Shown here: in pieces, positions 20,880-36,983 of the stretch | Layout: the number at the start of each line of letters is the position of its first letter | Position numbering within the stretch: the first letter of the stretch is position 1 | Origin: Ministeria vibrans ATCC 50519 | Taxonomy: Eukaryota; Protista; Filasterea | Reading direction: 5' to 3' | NCBI GenBank assembly: GCA_943704425.1 | Contig: CALSCP010000368.1 | Coordinates: forward strand, 1 to 64,000 | Length of the DNA stretch: 64,000 nucleotides | The notes under the pieces: generated by a model | Databases searched by the model: none | What the model was told of the DNA's origin: nothing | The model's input: the letters and a program-made list of their open reading frames with translations, nothing else | Program-made: the position numbers and the translations under genes

Positions 20880-23534
20880 ATGGAGGCGTCTCTCGAACAG
20901 GCAATGGTGGTAGGAATGTCCAACAAGTGTACAAAAGAATAGAAAAAAAAACAAAAATCTCAAAAAAGGTATCTTTTGTCGTTCATCAGGGCGTGCGCGA
21001 GGCACTCGTCGCAGCCGAAGAGTCTCAGCGTGATCTAGAAGAACGCATACTTGCGGCACGATCGGCCGCGAAGACTGCCGAAGCGGAAGCGACGGAGGCA
21101 AGACGACGCGCCGACCAAGTCCAACGACGACACGTCGACGTGGCCGCACGGCTCGCTAGCGGACTCGCCCAGGTTCCCAGTCCTCAAGTGGTCGATATTA
21201 TGGATCTGCAAAGCCAGGCACGGTCGCTCGAGCGCTCGTTGCGCTACACAGCCGTTCTCCAATCCGTCCAAACCACCTCAACCACTGTCCAAGCGGCCCT
21301 CAATGCCATTGCCACTCTCGACGCAACGTTCACAAGTAGCCCCGCGGCGAAACAGCCACAACAACCACCATTGGACGCCGCCGCCTTTGATGCTTTGGAG
21401 CAACTCTGGAACATCCACCGTGCGCTTGACCACTCGGCCTGCACGCACTTGCAAACAGTGACGGCCCATCTCGCAACGTCGCTGGCCGCCTCGGTTCAGA
21501 CACGACTTGAATCATCCATGCGTGTCACCCTTGCCTCCATGGGCTGGCCTCTTTGTCTCACCACCACCACTACCACTACGGCGGTGTCCGCCATCTCCAC
21601 AGTTCCCACCCTGTCCAAAAACGATCCCCCCTCCACCACCGCCACCACCACCACCACCACCACCACCACGACTGCAGCTGATAAGCTTCGCGCCGACTTT
21701 CATCGCGACCTCAATTCTCTTCAGCGTCTCCAACGCCTCACACGCACACCAACACTTGCAGTCGTCCAACTGCTACTCTCACCTGTGCGCAAACGTTTCA
21801 ACTACCACTTTTCGGGCGATCGCAAGACGAACCGTGCAGACAAGCCCGAGTGGTTCTTCACGCACGCACTCTCACTGATCCGTGACAGTCGTCGCTGGCT
21901 GCACGACAATGCCACAACGCTCATGTGCAGTGACGAAGAGCTTCACGACGCCCTCAGCGAGGGCATTGTCTCCCTAGTCAGCGCCAAGGTCAAGACGCTC
22001 GTGACGACGCCGACTTTTGTCAATGACCCCGTCCTCTTCTACCATCTTATGAGCGAGTGTCTTGCCTTTGAGCGCGAGCTGCGTGGACCCCAATATGCAT
22101 TTCCGTCACTTCTTCCCGGTCCCATTAGCGCCGTTACATGCGACGCAGACGTCTTCTCGGCCTGGCTCGCCCTCGAGCGCCGACTCGCCTTTGCGCGTCT
22201 TGACCAGCTGCTTGCGGCGCCTCTTGCGTGGGAGCGCAAGTACGCAGGTGACGCAGACGCCTTTTTGGCCCCCTCCGTTGCCTATGCCGTCGTGACTCTG
22301 GTGCACAGCATTGCCGATCGGTGTGCGCCCATTGTTCGTCCCTCGACGCGTCTTGCCTTTCTCAACTCTATTCAAAAGGCACTCCTCAAGGCCTTCATCA
22401 ACACAGTCTCGCTCAAGATGCGCGTCGAGTTCGCTCAAGTGCCCACTGTCGATGTGGCCGAGCGCTTCGCCACCGTCGCCAATGCCGTCCACTACGTCTC
22501 AACTGTGCTTACTGACATGGCTGACGAGCCCGAGTACCTTGCACTGCTGGCCAGTGACGCCCGTGAGAACAGCGGTGGGCCTGGCGAGCAGCAGCCACAG
22601 TCTGGGACGAGTGGTGGCAGAGAAGACGATGACACCTTGGCGGGGGCTGCAGGGGAGACGGCTGCCATTCTTGTTGAGGCTCTCGACGGCCTTCAAGACA
22701 AGCTTGTGTCGAGTGCCTTCTCGTGGATTGCCTCACAGCGACGACGCCCCACACGCGACGTACCCGCGAGCTCTCATAGTAGTGCATCGCACGGGATCGC
22801 TGCAGCCACTCCTCCATCTCCTGTGTCAGTCAATGTTTTTCAAGAGGAGCTGACGGATCTGGCTAAAATGCAGCGGGACATGGTTGAAGCCATTGCAGTG
22901 GGCACAGTTGCAACGGTACGCACGGCCGCAAAGGAGTACCTACACAGTCGATTCATGCGCGATGGCACAGCGAGTGCTGCCGCGCACAGTCTTGTCACGC
23001 CCGCACTCTGCGAGCCCTTAGCACTGCTCACCCACTGGCTTGCAACTGTCCGCGAGAGCATGGCCGCACCTGTATATGCATCTGTATGGCGTCGTGTTGC
23101 GTCCCTTCTCGACGATTTCCTCTTTGCCGATCTCGCCACACAGTCGCGCTTTGACCGCACCGGCGCACTCCAGTTCCGCACTGATCTTGCTGCTCTGCTG
23201 TTAGTCTTTTGCGACGAAACACGCAAGCCCGAAGCCTACATGCCAAAGTAACAGAAAGGAGAGAGAGAGGGGGGGGTGTTTGGTGGAGATAATTGTTTGT
23301 TGTTTTTTTTTCTTTTTTTTCGAATGTTTGTTTTGTAGGAGCGTTGAGGCGGGTTTGGTGCTAGCCATGGCGCCCAATGAGGCCAGTCAGCTGTTGAAAG
23401 CCATTCAGTCCGATCGTGGTGGCGATGACGCACTTAATGATGTTGGTGTGTATACACTGAGAGCGTCGCAGGTCTTGGTCGTCATGAAGCGATGTACTCA
23501 TTTTGAGTCGTTTGTGTACAGCGAGAAAAAATAA
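20880..23534 (+). CDS. RINT1: RINT1/TIP20 ER-Golgi tethering complex subunit
   Basis: PVRKRFNYHFSGDRKTNRADKPEWFF and RFDRTGALQFRTDL signatures. Inferred exon 1 20880-20909, intron 20910-20989, final intron about 23248-23339. Confidence 0.9.
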
Positions 23535-23606
23535 AAATAAATAATAATAATAAATTATTATTATTAATAATAATATAATTATAATTGATTGTATTTTTTT
23601 TTTGTC

Positions 23607-26600
23607 ATGATCGACTTGGATTTCTTTGAGAACTTTCCTTTGCTACCTGCCTCGGTTGCTGTGGTCGGCTCAAAACAGAGTGGCTGCAGCACGTTGGCAG
23701 CGCGTTTGGCAAAATCGCTAAATAGAGTGTATCTCAGTCGCGCGTCTGTCATTGTCGACGCACTCCGACCGACAGTGTGTGGCAATCAGAGTGTATTCTC
23801 GACGCTGTCTGTCGAGGTATGTCTCAGCCTTTTTCTATTGTCAACTTGGCAACGGTTGCTAAGGTGCTTTTTTCCCCCTCCTAGGCAAAATCACTCCTTT
23901 ACAGTGGCCAGGCTCTGTCCCCTTTGTTTACACTTGAGCTAATCAAAGCACGCATGGATGAACCGGATGTGGTCGATCGTGGTAATTTGTGATATTCAAA
24001 CTTTTTTTTGTTGTCTTTCATGCTTTCATCTTCACAGGATATGTGCTGGCGGCCAGCGGCGACGATTTCACGCCAGACTGGCTTCGAACATGCCCCGGTT
24101 CTCTGGAATATCTGGTGCGTGTGGAGATTGCCGCCGAGGATCTGTATCGACGAGTGCACGGAGCGCGAATTGATGCGAGCACGGGCCAGTTGATGTTGCC
24201 CCATCACTTTGATGGGAGGGCTCGCGTCGCGTGGCGAGCGCACCTACGACGCGACCATGACGCATGCGTTGTAGATACGTGTATGGGGGAGATTCTGAAA
24301 GAAAGAACGGTTGACAGCGGCAAGGAGGAGGAGGAGGAGGAGGCGCAAGCTCTCGACGACGATTTGTCTGGTGCGCCGAGTGCTCACAGCTGGGACTCTG
24401 TTGAAGACGGCGACGACGATGACGACGACGAAGAAGAAGAAGAAGAAGAAGAAGAAGAAGAAGAAGGNNNNNNNCGGAGAAACGCTACGAGGCAAGCGCG
24501 ACCGCGAGGCAACCGTACGGAAAATACGGCGCATCCGTGATCGAGCACTGCGCCGACTGGCACAACATCCACCTCCTATCTATGTGGCTGCGCCCCCCCC
24601 GGATGCAATCGTGCGTGGCCACCATGCACGCGAGCGTCTCCTGACAAGCAAAGCCATTTCTGTACACGATGCGTATGAGCTCAATGCCTATGTCGCTGCT
24701 GGCTTCCTTGCTCATCGTATTGTCACTGTCGATGGCACTGCCGCCTGTCAAGCATCATTTCTCACTGCAATCACCATTCTTGAACAGCAGCACAGCGTGC
24801 GCCCCTCTCTTGCGGCCGAGCCACTTTCCTCCACCACCGACGACGATCAACTCGCTAGTGTGTTTGAGACGCTTGATTTTCTTGTGCACGAGCCGAGTCG
24901 CTTTTCGCAACACGACTTGGTATTTGAAGAGCACTTGCGTCGCGCGCATGGTCCTCCATCGCGTGCCACTGACGACGAGCGGCGCGTTGTAAGCCAGCTG
25001 CGACAGAGTCGCGTCACAGAGTCTGATGGGGAGAGCACCGACGACGACGACGACGGCGACGACGACAGCGAATTCATCGACGATGCACAACTCGGCGAAA
25101 GTACGTCTGACCGTGCAGCGCGACTAGAGCTGTCGCCAGACGAATTATGGCCCGTGTCGCCACTCAAACGGTCACCTTGGTCCGTCTACTGTCCCGTAAC
25201 GCTAGCTCGCGATCACCGCCTTGTTCCTGGTCATGCCGCGTTGGCGGTCGTCTACCGTGGTTACGTCTTCTTTACGAGTGGTCCCGACGAGCAACGTATT
25301 TTGCTTGTCGCACCTCGATTGTACCTCTCGAAGATGCCTGTTGTTTATCGTCGAGTGTGCTGCATTGCCACGTCGGATGCGTTCATGGTGGCGACCACGC
25401 GTGCAGCCGAGCGACTGGCACAAGTACACAATGCACCGCTGGTGCACATGTCCGAATGGTCACCAAGCGCAGTGCAACAGAAGCTTGTCTCGGTTGTCGT
25501 TGACGAGAGGCGCAGTTGGGTTGTGATGGGAGTGGGTATTGAAGCGGCTCTTGACGCTCTTCTCTCGCAACAAGAAGACTCTCGCGTACGGCCTGACACG
25601 ATTGTGTTTGTGGCTGACACACCTCCAGACGCGTCGACTATGCAGCGTCTTGAAGATCCGTCACTCTTCACGCACTGGTGCCATGTGTCGAGTGAGCAAC
25701 TTTATGGTGACGATGGTGCGCGGTTGCTTCGCGAGAGAGACCCGTTGCGCGCGGAAGCGGTTGTCGACGACAATCTTGACGCACCCCCGCCGCATGTATC
25801 GCCTGACTTGCAACGGTCTCTGTTGCGTTTTTGTCCGGTAGAACTTACTCAACGCAATTGTTTTGTACCAGGTACCTTTGGGGTACGCTATCTTGGCCAA
25901 GCGTACCTGTGCTCCTCCGAAGAAACGCGCGACACGTTTCTTGGCGACCCGGCGCGCTTCACGCAAAGCAAACCAATACCGCCTCTGCGCATCTTTGTTG
26001 CTGGATCAGAGGGCAGCAGCCATGCATCGGTGGTGGCAAATCAGCTTGCTGATCAATGGAATCTTGCCGTTGTCGACGTAGACCAGGCAGTGCGCGATGA
26101 AGAGGCTCGCCAGCGAGCCTTGCTCACGACCGCACGGCTTCTCTTTCTGCAACAACAACAACAACAACAACAACAACATACAACAGCAGGCGGTGCAGAG
26201 ACTGTTGCCGAGCCCAATCCTGACGATTACCTTGCTCAAGTGGACATTACCGCGCTTCTGACACCGTTCTGGACGCCACCAGCGTCGTCACAGGAACGCG
26301 GTGTCGTGGTCGTAGGCTTTCCTCGGCACGCCGAGGATGTCGAGGTGGTGCGTGCTGCCCACCTGTGGCCCGACGTGTGCGTGCGTGTGAGTGTCGAGTG
26401 CGACACGCTTGTACGTCGTCGTATTGCTCAAGATTCTACGCGCGCGTTAGAGGAGCGACGACGGGTGTGTGTGACACGCGCAGAGCGGCGTGCGCAGACG
26501 CACCTCCGACGACGTGCGCTCAAGTGTTGTGGGAAGGCACTCTTTGACGCGGTCTACGAAATGCTGGACAACGAAGAAGAGGTGAAAGGGAAGAAGAAGA

Positions 26601-28984
26601 AGAATAATAATAATAATAATAATAATAATAAGGAGGAGGAGGAGGAGGAGGAGGAGGAGGAGGATGGGGCGTATGTGAAGGCGGAAGAACACCGTGAGAT
26701 TGCAGAAGGGGTTGTTTGCGACGTTCTTGGTACTGCTTGTCTCGCTTTCTTGCTTGAAGATTGTGACGACGAAGGTGATGGAGAAGCACGGAGGGCATTT
26801 GATGGACTGGTTGCGAGTGCAGCGCGCGAAGCCGGCGATGTTGGCTGGACGGAAGGAGTGGAAGAAGACGAACGGGCGTTGTTTGTCGATGAGAAGGAGG
26901 CAAGCAAACTAGTACGTGATGAGGTGGAGGCTGGTCTGCGACAGGAGTGGGAGGAGAGCGAGAGTCTTCTTGACAGTGCTGTCGAGGCACTGCACGAGGC
27001 CCTTGTGGCTGTGGTGGACGTTGATGGCAATGCAGTGCCTCGTGTGCTTACACACGCTGTAATGACGCAACTGAGACCTTTGACGGCCCATCGCCTCTCT
27101 ATGCTTGAATCAGTGCACTGTCTCGGTGTGCCCAGCGACAGTGCTCGCGAGACGCTTCACGACCGACTGTTGAGCGCGTACCACGCCGAGGCGCTGCTCC
27201 GCAGCGGTCGTGCACTACTGTCCGATTTTGGTCGACGATGTGCAATGACAGGGGTGACCACTGCAACCCCTTGGGCTGCTCTGCACCGCGGGCGGGTGTA
27301 CTTTTTTGCCACTCGACAGGCTCGCCGTGACTTTGCTTGTCATCCACTGGTGGTGCGCGCCGCGCCCGTTCCGTGGCCGGTCGCGCCCGTCACGGTTGCG
27401 GTGGTAGGCACTTTAGGAAGTGGGAGTGTGGCAACGCTCGCAGAGCGACTGGCCCATCACTTTGACATGCCGTGTCTCTCTGTGGCGGACGCGCTGCGCT
27501 GGTACATGGCGCACGTTGGCACGCGCACCGTGACTGGACGCGCTCTTGAGAGTACCTTGCACCGTGGTGAGTGTGCCGACAGTGCGACCGTGGCAACGGT
27601 GCTTCGTTGGCGACTGCAGCAGCCAGACTGTGTTGGTCATGGTTGTGTTTTGGTTGGCCTTGCATCCGAGGAGGTGCTGGCGGGTGCGGGATGTGTGCCG
27701 GCGCGGATCTTTGAAGTGGTAGAGGCGGAGCCTAACGTCATTCGCGGCCACGAGGGAGAACGTTCTGTTGTGGATGTTGCTGCTATGGCCAAGCGTGGTG
27801 ACGCTCTTGTGCGCCAGGCACGTTGCGATGAAGGGACGTTCGCAAAAGCATCGGAGTTCGTGGCCCTTGTTGCCGCGCATGTGGATGATCTACGACACCA
27901 TCTGAGTGCACACGAGCGACATGCACAGTGGTGTTGCGCACGCAACGCAGTGCGGGACCAGTGGCAGGAGCGCTACGCCAACTGGGTGTGTGTGGACGCA
28001 ACGGAGCAGAGTCGCTGGGCACAGTTTGAACAGGCACGGGTGTGTTTGGAGCAATCGCGCGAGGCGGCGGCGCTCTACCGTGCCTACGAAGTGATGCAGC
28101 AAACGCCACGGCGCGCCATTGCCGTTGAACACCTCACAAGTCTCGTGTCGACTGCACGATTTGAGGCGCATCAGTCACCCTTGGGAGACTTGTGTCCCGT
28201 TGCACTGGCTCGGTCGCGTCAGCTTGTTCACTGTCGCACGCTCCGTAGCGCGACGACTTTTCGCGATTGTTGTGCCCTCTATCGCGGTAAGTTTTACTGG
28301 CTTAGCAGCGCAGAGGCACTTTGTACGTTCACGACCACACCAGACCCCGAGCAGTACGCGAGTGTGCCTGTGCCTGCGGCGCTGCCCAAGCGACGAGGGT
28401 CGCTCGACGTCCGCTCGCTCTTTCCCAAGCAACTCGAGTTGCGAGGCTACTGTCCCGTGGCGCTGACGCTTGGCGACTGCACCTACGAGAGTGTGGTGGC
28501 CGGCGATCGTGACTGTATTGTCGAGTACAACGAGCGACTGTGGTGTCTGGCTGACTTGGACGCGTGCGAGCGGTTCATGCTCGAGCCCCATCGCTATGTG
28601 ACGGCTACGCTGCCTGCACGCCTCCCGCCTCCCAAGCAGCCGCCCGTTCCCCTCAGCGAGCTCCCCATTCTTGATTACGTTGAAAAGACCTGCGCAACGG
28701 CGGTCTCTGCGGCACTCAGTGCCCTGGCGCATCTGCGCGCCAAACTTCCCTTCCTCAGTGCGCGCGACTCGGCGCTGCGCTTTGTCGCGCTCCATCTGAA
28801 GGCGAACAATGGCGCGACGAGTGCCGCTTCACGCGAGCGCTACCAACGACAACTGGACAAGCTGTGTGAGGCGGCGCAGCTCTCATCGTACCTTGCTGCG
28901 AACGCCACCGACGACTACGCTGACCATCGCCGCCCGCTCGACTTTGACGTCAAATTGGCGCAATTTTTGTCTTTTCAAATGTAA
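23607..28984 (+). CDS. AK9: Adenylate kinase 9-like protein (multi-AK/YHS-like repeats)
   Basis: Repeated CPV.L...G..YxG.(Y/F)....F..P modules, AK-like P-loop regions, and the AK9 C-terminus (PLSELPILDYVE...LPFLSARDSALRFVALHLKANN). Short 5' introns; N gap at about 24468-24474. Confidence 0.85.
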
Positions 28985-29159
28985 TTATTCCAGTCCAATA
29001 TTATGTCGAAAAAGAAAAAGGAATGAACGATGAAGTGGAAAAAAACTGTACAAACTCTGTACTTGTCGACAAGTAGGCAGAAACCCCTTCGAATTGCGTG
29101 TTGGCGCGAGTCAAAATTATTTTCAAAGATCAAATTTGTATATTATTCTTTTTTCCGAG

Positions 29160-29934
29160 ATGAATTTCATTCGACGCGTTGGGTCGCGATTACTGGGACG
29201 AGGGCCGTCCGCTGCGGGCGCAGAGAGCGCGTCGAAAAGCAGTGCGGGGAAGGGGCTGAGTTACATTGGGTGCACGGTGCTTCGCGAGACGGCAGCGGCG
29301 GTACACGCACTTGAGAGAGAGAGAGAGAGGGAGCGACGCGCTTGAACGCGACGGTGTGTAGGTGCCGGTGAACGAGATCAGAACGAAGCCCATCCAGGAG
29401 CTGGTCAAGACGATGGTTAGGCTAATGAAAGAGAACGAAGGGTGCGGCATATCGGCGCCTCAGGTTGGAGTGGGCAAACGCGTCTTTGTGTGCATGTGGA
29501 AGTCGGAGTGGAGCAAGTCAATGTCGCCGCGGACACTGGCGGAAACGGGCACGGTGGCCTTTCCGCTCAAGGTGTGCATCAACCCCGAGCTGGTGGCGAT
29601 TGGGGGACGCACAACGCGTCTGCAAGAAGGCTGTCTATCGGTGCCCTCTTACACGGCTGTCGTGGAACGCTTCCACAAGGTGAAGCTGACGGCGTACGAC
29701 GAGAATGCTCGCAAGTTTGAGTGGATTGTCAGTGGCTATCCAGCACGCATATTGCAACACGAGTACGACCACATGAATGGCGTCGTGTGTGTCGATCGGA
29801 TGCTACCGCGTTCCATGATTCACATTGAGTCGGACATGGAGATACCAAGCGATTACAAGAGAGTCAGCCCGCCTCGTCTGTCTGTCATACCCGACGAGCC
29901 CGCAATGATTGCGCGAGGGCGCAAATCATCATGA
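29160..29934 (+). CDS. PDF: Mitochondrial peptide deformylase
   Basis: Transit-peptide-like MNFIRRVGSRLL; motifs GCGISAPQ, EGCLS, QHEYDH; one intron about 29301-29361. Confidence 0.93.
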
Positions 29935-30136
29935 TGTATGATGCATGTATGTTCTTCTTTCAACGAGCGACCCCACTTCTTTTATTTTTGTTTATCAATC
30001 ATGTTCAGTAATGCAAGTGCACAAACAATCACAATAATAATTAGAAGAATACAACCCATTTATTCATAATACAGTCACCAGATCTACAACAAAAGCACAA
30101 GTGCAATCGCTATCTAATTATTATTTCATCAGCAGA

Positions 30137-31675
30137 TTACAGGGAGAAAAGACGATCGAGAGCGGGGTCGGCGGAAACATGTGGATAGTCGTGACGAAAG
30201 GCATGCCATGAAAGCGAGGCCTGGTCACGGAGCCCCCTAGCGTCAAGAAGGAGAACGTAGGAGCGCGTAGCGTGAGGGCAGTCGGGGTTGATATGAAGGG
30301 CGCTGCGTAGAATGGACAAGGCGTCGGCGGGTCGGTTGAGGTCGCTGGCGAGGAGAGTCGCACGACACGTGAGGAGGATTGATGAGGATTCCGAGGCGAC
30401 CTCGAGGGTTTGCAGAGCTTCGAGGGGACGTGCCAGGTGGCGAAGAGCGTGTGCCTTGTGCCATAGGAAGAGCGGGTCGTTGAGCGCCGAGGGGATGTTG
30501 CGACATGCTTGGGCGACCGTATCGAGAACGCCCTGGTGGTCGTCCAAGTGCGACTGGGCGTCCGCCAGGGTCAACATGAGGTTGCGGGCGACGTCGAGGC
30601 CGCTGGAGAAAAATTGTGCGGACCTGAGACGTGGCTGGACGACATCGGAAACGGTGTGCCACTGTTCGGCAACACACAGGGTCTGTACATAGCGCAAGAG
30701 TGAGTCTGGGGAAGAGTCTGCGATGGGCGCGAGGAGTTCAACGGCGACTGACGCCTCACTAAGCGCCGCTGCGTTGGCCAGGAGTCTGGGGGCGTCTTCG
30801 GGACGCTCGCAGACGGAAATGGCTTCGCGAGTGTACATCAAGGCAGTGCGCGGGTCAAACGGAGCAGTGGCACATGCAAGAAGATTATAGCGCCAAGAGC
30901 GCGGAATAAGGCAGGTGGAATTGACGTCGTTGTGGACGAGAGACAGGAGCATCGAAGAGGATTCGGCGTGGCAACCCTGTGCGTACGCACGGTAACCTTT
31001 GAGGTAGAGGGCAGCGGAAAAGACGGGCCAGGACGGCTCGGCGATGCTGAGTGCCTCGTTGAGGAGGGTGTCGGCATGCTGAGTCGTGCTGTCGATGCCG
31101 ATCGCAAGACGGGCAGCATACACGAGCGCAATGGGCAACAGGTGCTGAGGCTCAACGCCAAGTAGACAAGCAAGTTCGGGCTGGACAATGAGACGGGTGG
31201 TGGGCAGAGTGGCAGAGGAGCGCGACGTGTCGATGGCGCGCAAAAGAAAGTCGAGAGCTTGCTGTGGCGCTGGAGCGCGTGCATTGACTGCGTACACTGT
31301 GGCGAGGTCCAGAAGAGAGCCTGTCGACAAGGAGAGAGGCGGCGGTCCCGCGGTGGTGACGACGGAGAGGCTGGAAGGCCCCTCTAAAAGTTGGTTGAAC
31401 GCAAACGTTGTGTGTGCAAGGCCCACACGCGAAACAGTTCGGAGAATTCGAGGGACACTTGCATCGCGAGCGTTGACCAGCGCCGCGATGCGTTGCATGG
31501 AGAGACTGTGTGTGGAGACGCAGGCAAGGCAGAGTGCGGGGTCATGATTGGCGGACTGGAGCGCGTCAAGCCAGCGACGCGTTTCACGACACATTTCAAC
31601 GTTTACATCCTCGTCAGACTTTCCCAAAGCAACGCGGTACAGTGTCTGCGACCCAGTCGCATCATAACGATACAT
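30137..31675 (-). CDS. TPR/helical repeat protein
   Basis: 512-aa ORF with TPR-like repeats (LWHKAHALRHLARPLEALQTL; ALSILRSALHINPDC). Confidence 0.7.
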   Translation of the reverse strand: MYRYDATGSQTLYRVALGKSDEDVNVEMCRETRRWLDALQSANHDPALCLACVSTHSLSMQRIAALVNARDASVPRILRTVSRVGLAHTTFAFNQLLEGPSSLSVVTTAGPPPLSLSTGSLLDLATVYAVNARAPAPQQALDFLLRAIDTSRSSATLPTTRLIVQPELACLLGVEPQHLLPIALVYAARLAIGIDSTTQHADTLLNEALSIAEPSWPVFSAALYLKGYRAYAQGCHAESSSMLLSLVHNDVNSTCLIPRSWRYNLLACATAPFDPRTALMYTREAISVCERPEDAPRLLANAAALSEASVAVELLAPIADSSPDSLLRYVQTLCVAEQWHTVSDVVQPRLRSAQFFSSGLDVARNLMLTLADAQSHLDDHQGVLDTVAQACRNIPSALNDPLFLWHKAHALRHLARPLEALQTLEVASESSSILLTCRATLLASDLNRPADALSILRSALHINPDCPHATRSYVLLLDARGLRDQASLSWHAFRHDYPHVSADPALDRLFSL

Positions 31676-31869
31676 CCATCAAAGCAAAAATGTGTGTGGA
31701 CTGTGGACTGTGGAGCGTGGATGAAACGAAAAAAGAACTCATGACTGCAGTTTGGATTTTTAAATTTGGCAATTAAATAGCTTTTAGCAAACCTCTTTGA
31801 CTTCTCTTTGTCTACGTGTCTTGTGGACACGTCTTTGTGTGTCTCTGTGTGTAACCGTAGAACTGTAGA

Positions 31870-34446
<2,577 letters not shown>

Positions 34447-34708
34447 TGGCAGAGAGAAAGATTGAGATGGAAAGAGACAGAGAGAAGTATGGAGTGGTAA
34501 TATGATTATCATACACATAACGAAACAAAACAATTATTTGAGAGTCAATTTGAGTTCGTCGGCGGAAGTATTTAGTATTGTGCTGCTCTTTGTTTTGTAT
34601 ATTGTCTTGTTTTGACATTGAGTTCAGCTCTCGATTCTCTATTTATTTTCCTAGACCTTAGTTCATAGTTGACTTAGTTCAGAGTTGTTTGTGTTTCCTT
34701 ACCAATAT

Positions 34709-35561
34709 ATGCCTCGCAAAGGCTCTCGCGACGCCAGGCTGACGCTTCAGCTGGAGAATGCACGCGAATCCTTGGAAGAGCTGAGAAGACAGGAGCTCGT
34801 GGCAGAGCAAGAACTTGCGGTAAGCCCTCTTTTTGTTTTGTCTCGCTCTCACGCTGCGTCGCGGTGCTGTAGAGACTCAATTCTACCATTGATACGTACA
34901 AAGACGACGGTACTAAGGCGGCACGGACCAATCAGCTCACCACAGTGACGACCGCGGTGGAAGAGAAGAAGAAGGAAATTCGCGAAATATTAACGGAGCT
35001 TCGCAAACTCAAGGCAGAAATCAGCGACCTCCAGATCGCATCGAAACACAAATCCAGTCACGTTCAGGTACAGTGAATGCTGCGGGGGTTTGTAACTGAG
35101 AAGCGTACAAGTTTTTTTGTTTATTGATGTGTTGACTGTTGACTCCCCCTTACGTTCTGTAGCATCTCCGTAATGAGTTGCAACAAATCCAGACTGAATC
35201 ATCAACGCCAAGTGCGAGCACGGATAGCCTAGGGGCGTTGCCGTCAAACGAGTTGGATCCGCTGGAGATGGAGAAGCGCGCACTGGAGTGTGACCTGGTT
35301 GCGGAGCAACGTCGCGTCTCCGAGCTGAAGCAGCACATTGAGCGACTGAGCGGCGAAAGGGAGACGCTTCTTGGGGGGTCGGGCAAGGTGAGAGGCGGAA
35401 GCAGTGGAGGCGGAGGGGGAATGCGCAGGTTGCTGAAGCGAGTGGGAGCCGGGAAGGGAGGCCAAGGGGCCGAGGTCGCAAAGCTGCGCGAGGAGAATCT
35501 CGCTTTGCAAGGCCTTGTGGCCAAGCTGAGTGATATGATTGCTGACGATGCAGAGCAGTAG
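34709..35561 (+). CDS. Coiled-coil hypothetical protein
   Basis: Three GT-AG-joined exons giving heptad-rich sequence (LEELRRQELVAEQELA|RLN..., LREENLALQGLVAKLS). Confidence 0.7.
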
Positions 35562-35910
35562 GAACTAGGAGGGGGATTGTACATACGTATTATACTATTT
35601 GTTAAGTAATATTAAAATTTGTTCCTTATTAATTTTTATCATTAATAAATGGGTTGTATTCTTCTTCTAATTTTTATCTTCCCATACTCTTACTCTCCAC
35701 CCAATCAGCCAGGCGAACCACTCTAATTTATTTGTCTCTAAACTGAGTCTAAAGTCTTTGTCAATTGTCCCTCTCACTGTTATTGGCAATAATCTTATTG
35801 GCAATTTTCTTATAATATGCGTTCTGATTTATCTGAAATCTGAATTTCTGATTCGATTAATAATTATTTCTGCAATCATTTTGCGTGCATCACCCTTTCA
35901 ATAGTATAAG

Positions 35911-36724
35911 ATGGAGCCTTCAAAGTCACAACTTATGGACGAGTTTCGCGGCCAGATCGCACTCGCGAATGCACAGATGCTTGTGCAAGTAAGACATTGG
36001 CACGTTGCGCGTCTCTCGCCGCCTCAGAGATGCATTCAGAACACTTTGCGCGCACCATCCCGCTTTACAAACACATTGCTACGCCTCCGTCTGCGAAATT
36101 GCTCATTTGCTTGCTGTGGGGAGGAGAAAAAAAAAAGTCGAACATGACAAAATCTCGCGAGAACGACTCAAGCAGGATTTTGACGCTGCACGCAACTATC
36201 CTTGTTGGCGGCACATGTCACACATGTGCCCACGTGTCTGTGGTGGATGCAACGGGCTCGATTCTTGGCTGTAGGGCGGAAATGAATTGTTCTGGTGATC
36301 GTTCCCGTTCGCTCTGGCACGTGAAAGACCCTGCGCCACGCACGCCGCTGTGGAATGTGTGTAGCACACTGGTGGGTGTGTGGGGGGACAGGATCTGCGC
36401 CCTGGAGTGGCCCGCTCTTGCGCGTCCGTGTCGATTTCTGTGTCTTTGTCAAGACGAGCGATTTGCTGACGCGCGCTCCTGTAGAAAATGACAGACAAGT
36501 GCTTCAACAAGTGCGTAACAAAGCCGGGTACAGCGCTGGACGCCAACGAGCGAGTACGTGTTTCCCTTTTGAGAATGCCTTTTGGAGTGCACTAATTTCT
36601 TACACTACTCACTCTCGTTTAGGCGTGTGTTGCAAAATGCATGGACCGCTACATGGATTCGTGGAACCACGTGATGCGCACCTATGCCGCACGCATTCAA
36701 CGAGATTCCCAAAACATGAATTGA
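35911..36724 (+). CDS. TIMM13: Mitochondrial import inner membrane translocase subunit Tim13
   Basis: QIALANAQMLVQ|KMTDKCFNKCVTKPG...CVAKCMDRYMDSWNHV, a twin CX3C motif. Confidence 0.93.
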
Positions 36725-36983
36725 CAGAGTGAGTACAGTAAATTTTTCAATGTGACATTTTCAGTTTTCGTCGCAAGTGAGTTTGAACTGAGTAGCCGAT
36801 AGCAGCGGCCGGTCAGGGAAGCACTTAGCACACGGTTTGTCACAGGGCAGATTTTGGATTGCTTAGTTTACTGAATAAATGGTCAATTGACAATTCGGTC
36901 CGAGTAGGAATAAATAAATTTCAGACTGAGTATTCAAGCGTTAAAATTCCAATGATAATCATTTGAATTTCATTTCTTATTCC

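Noticed and set aside
24440-24480. Apparent frameshift in the AK9 ORF
   Set aside because: It coincides with an N gap inside a (GAA)n repeat, so it is an assembly artefact.
30137-31675. FANCG identity for the TPR protein
   Set aside because: The C-terminal resemblance may be generic TPR similarity and cannot be supported without a profile search.
35989-36484. snoRNA hosted in unusually long introns (TIM13, TPI, FADS, CTDSP)
   Set aside because: No convincing C/D or H/ACA box arrangement could be identified by eye.
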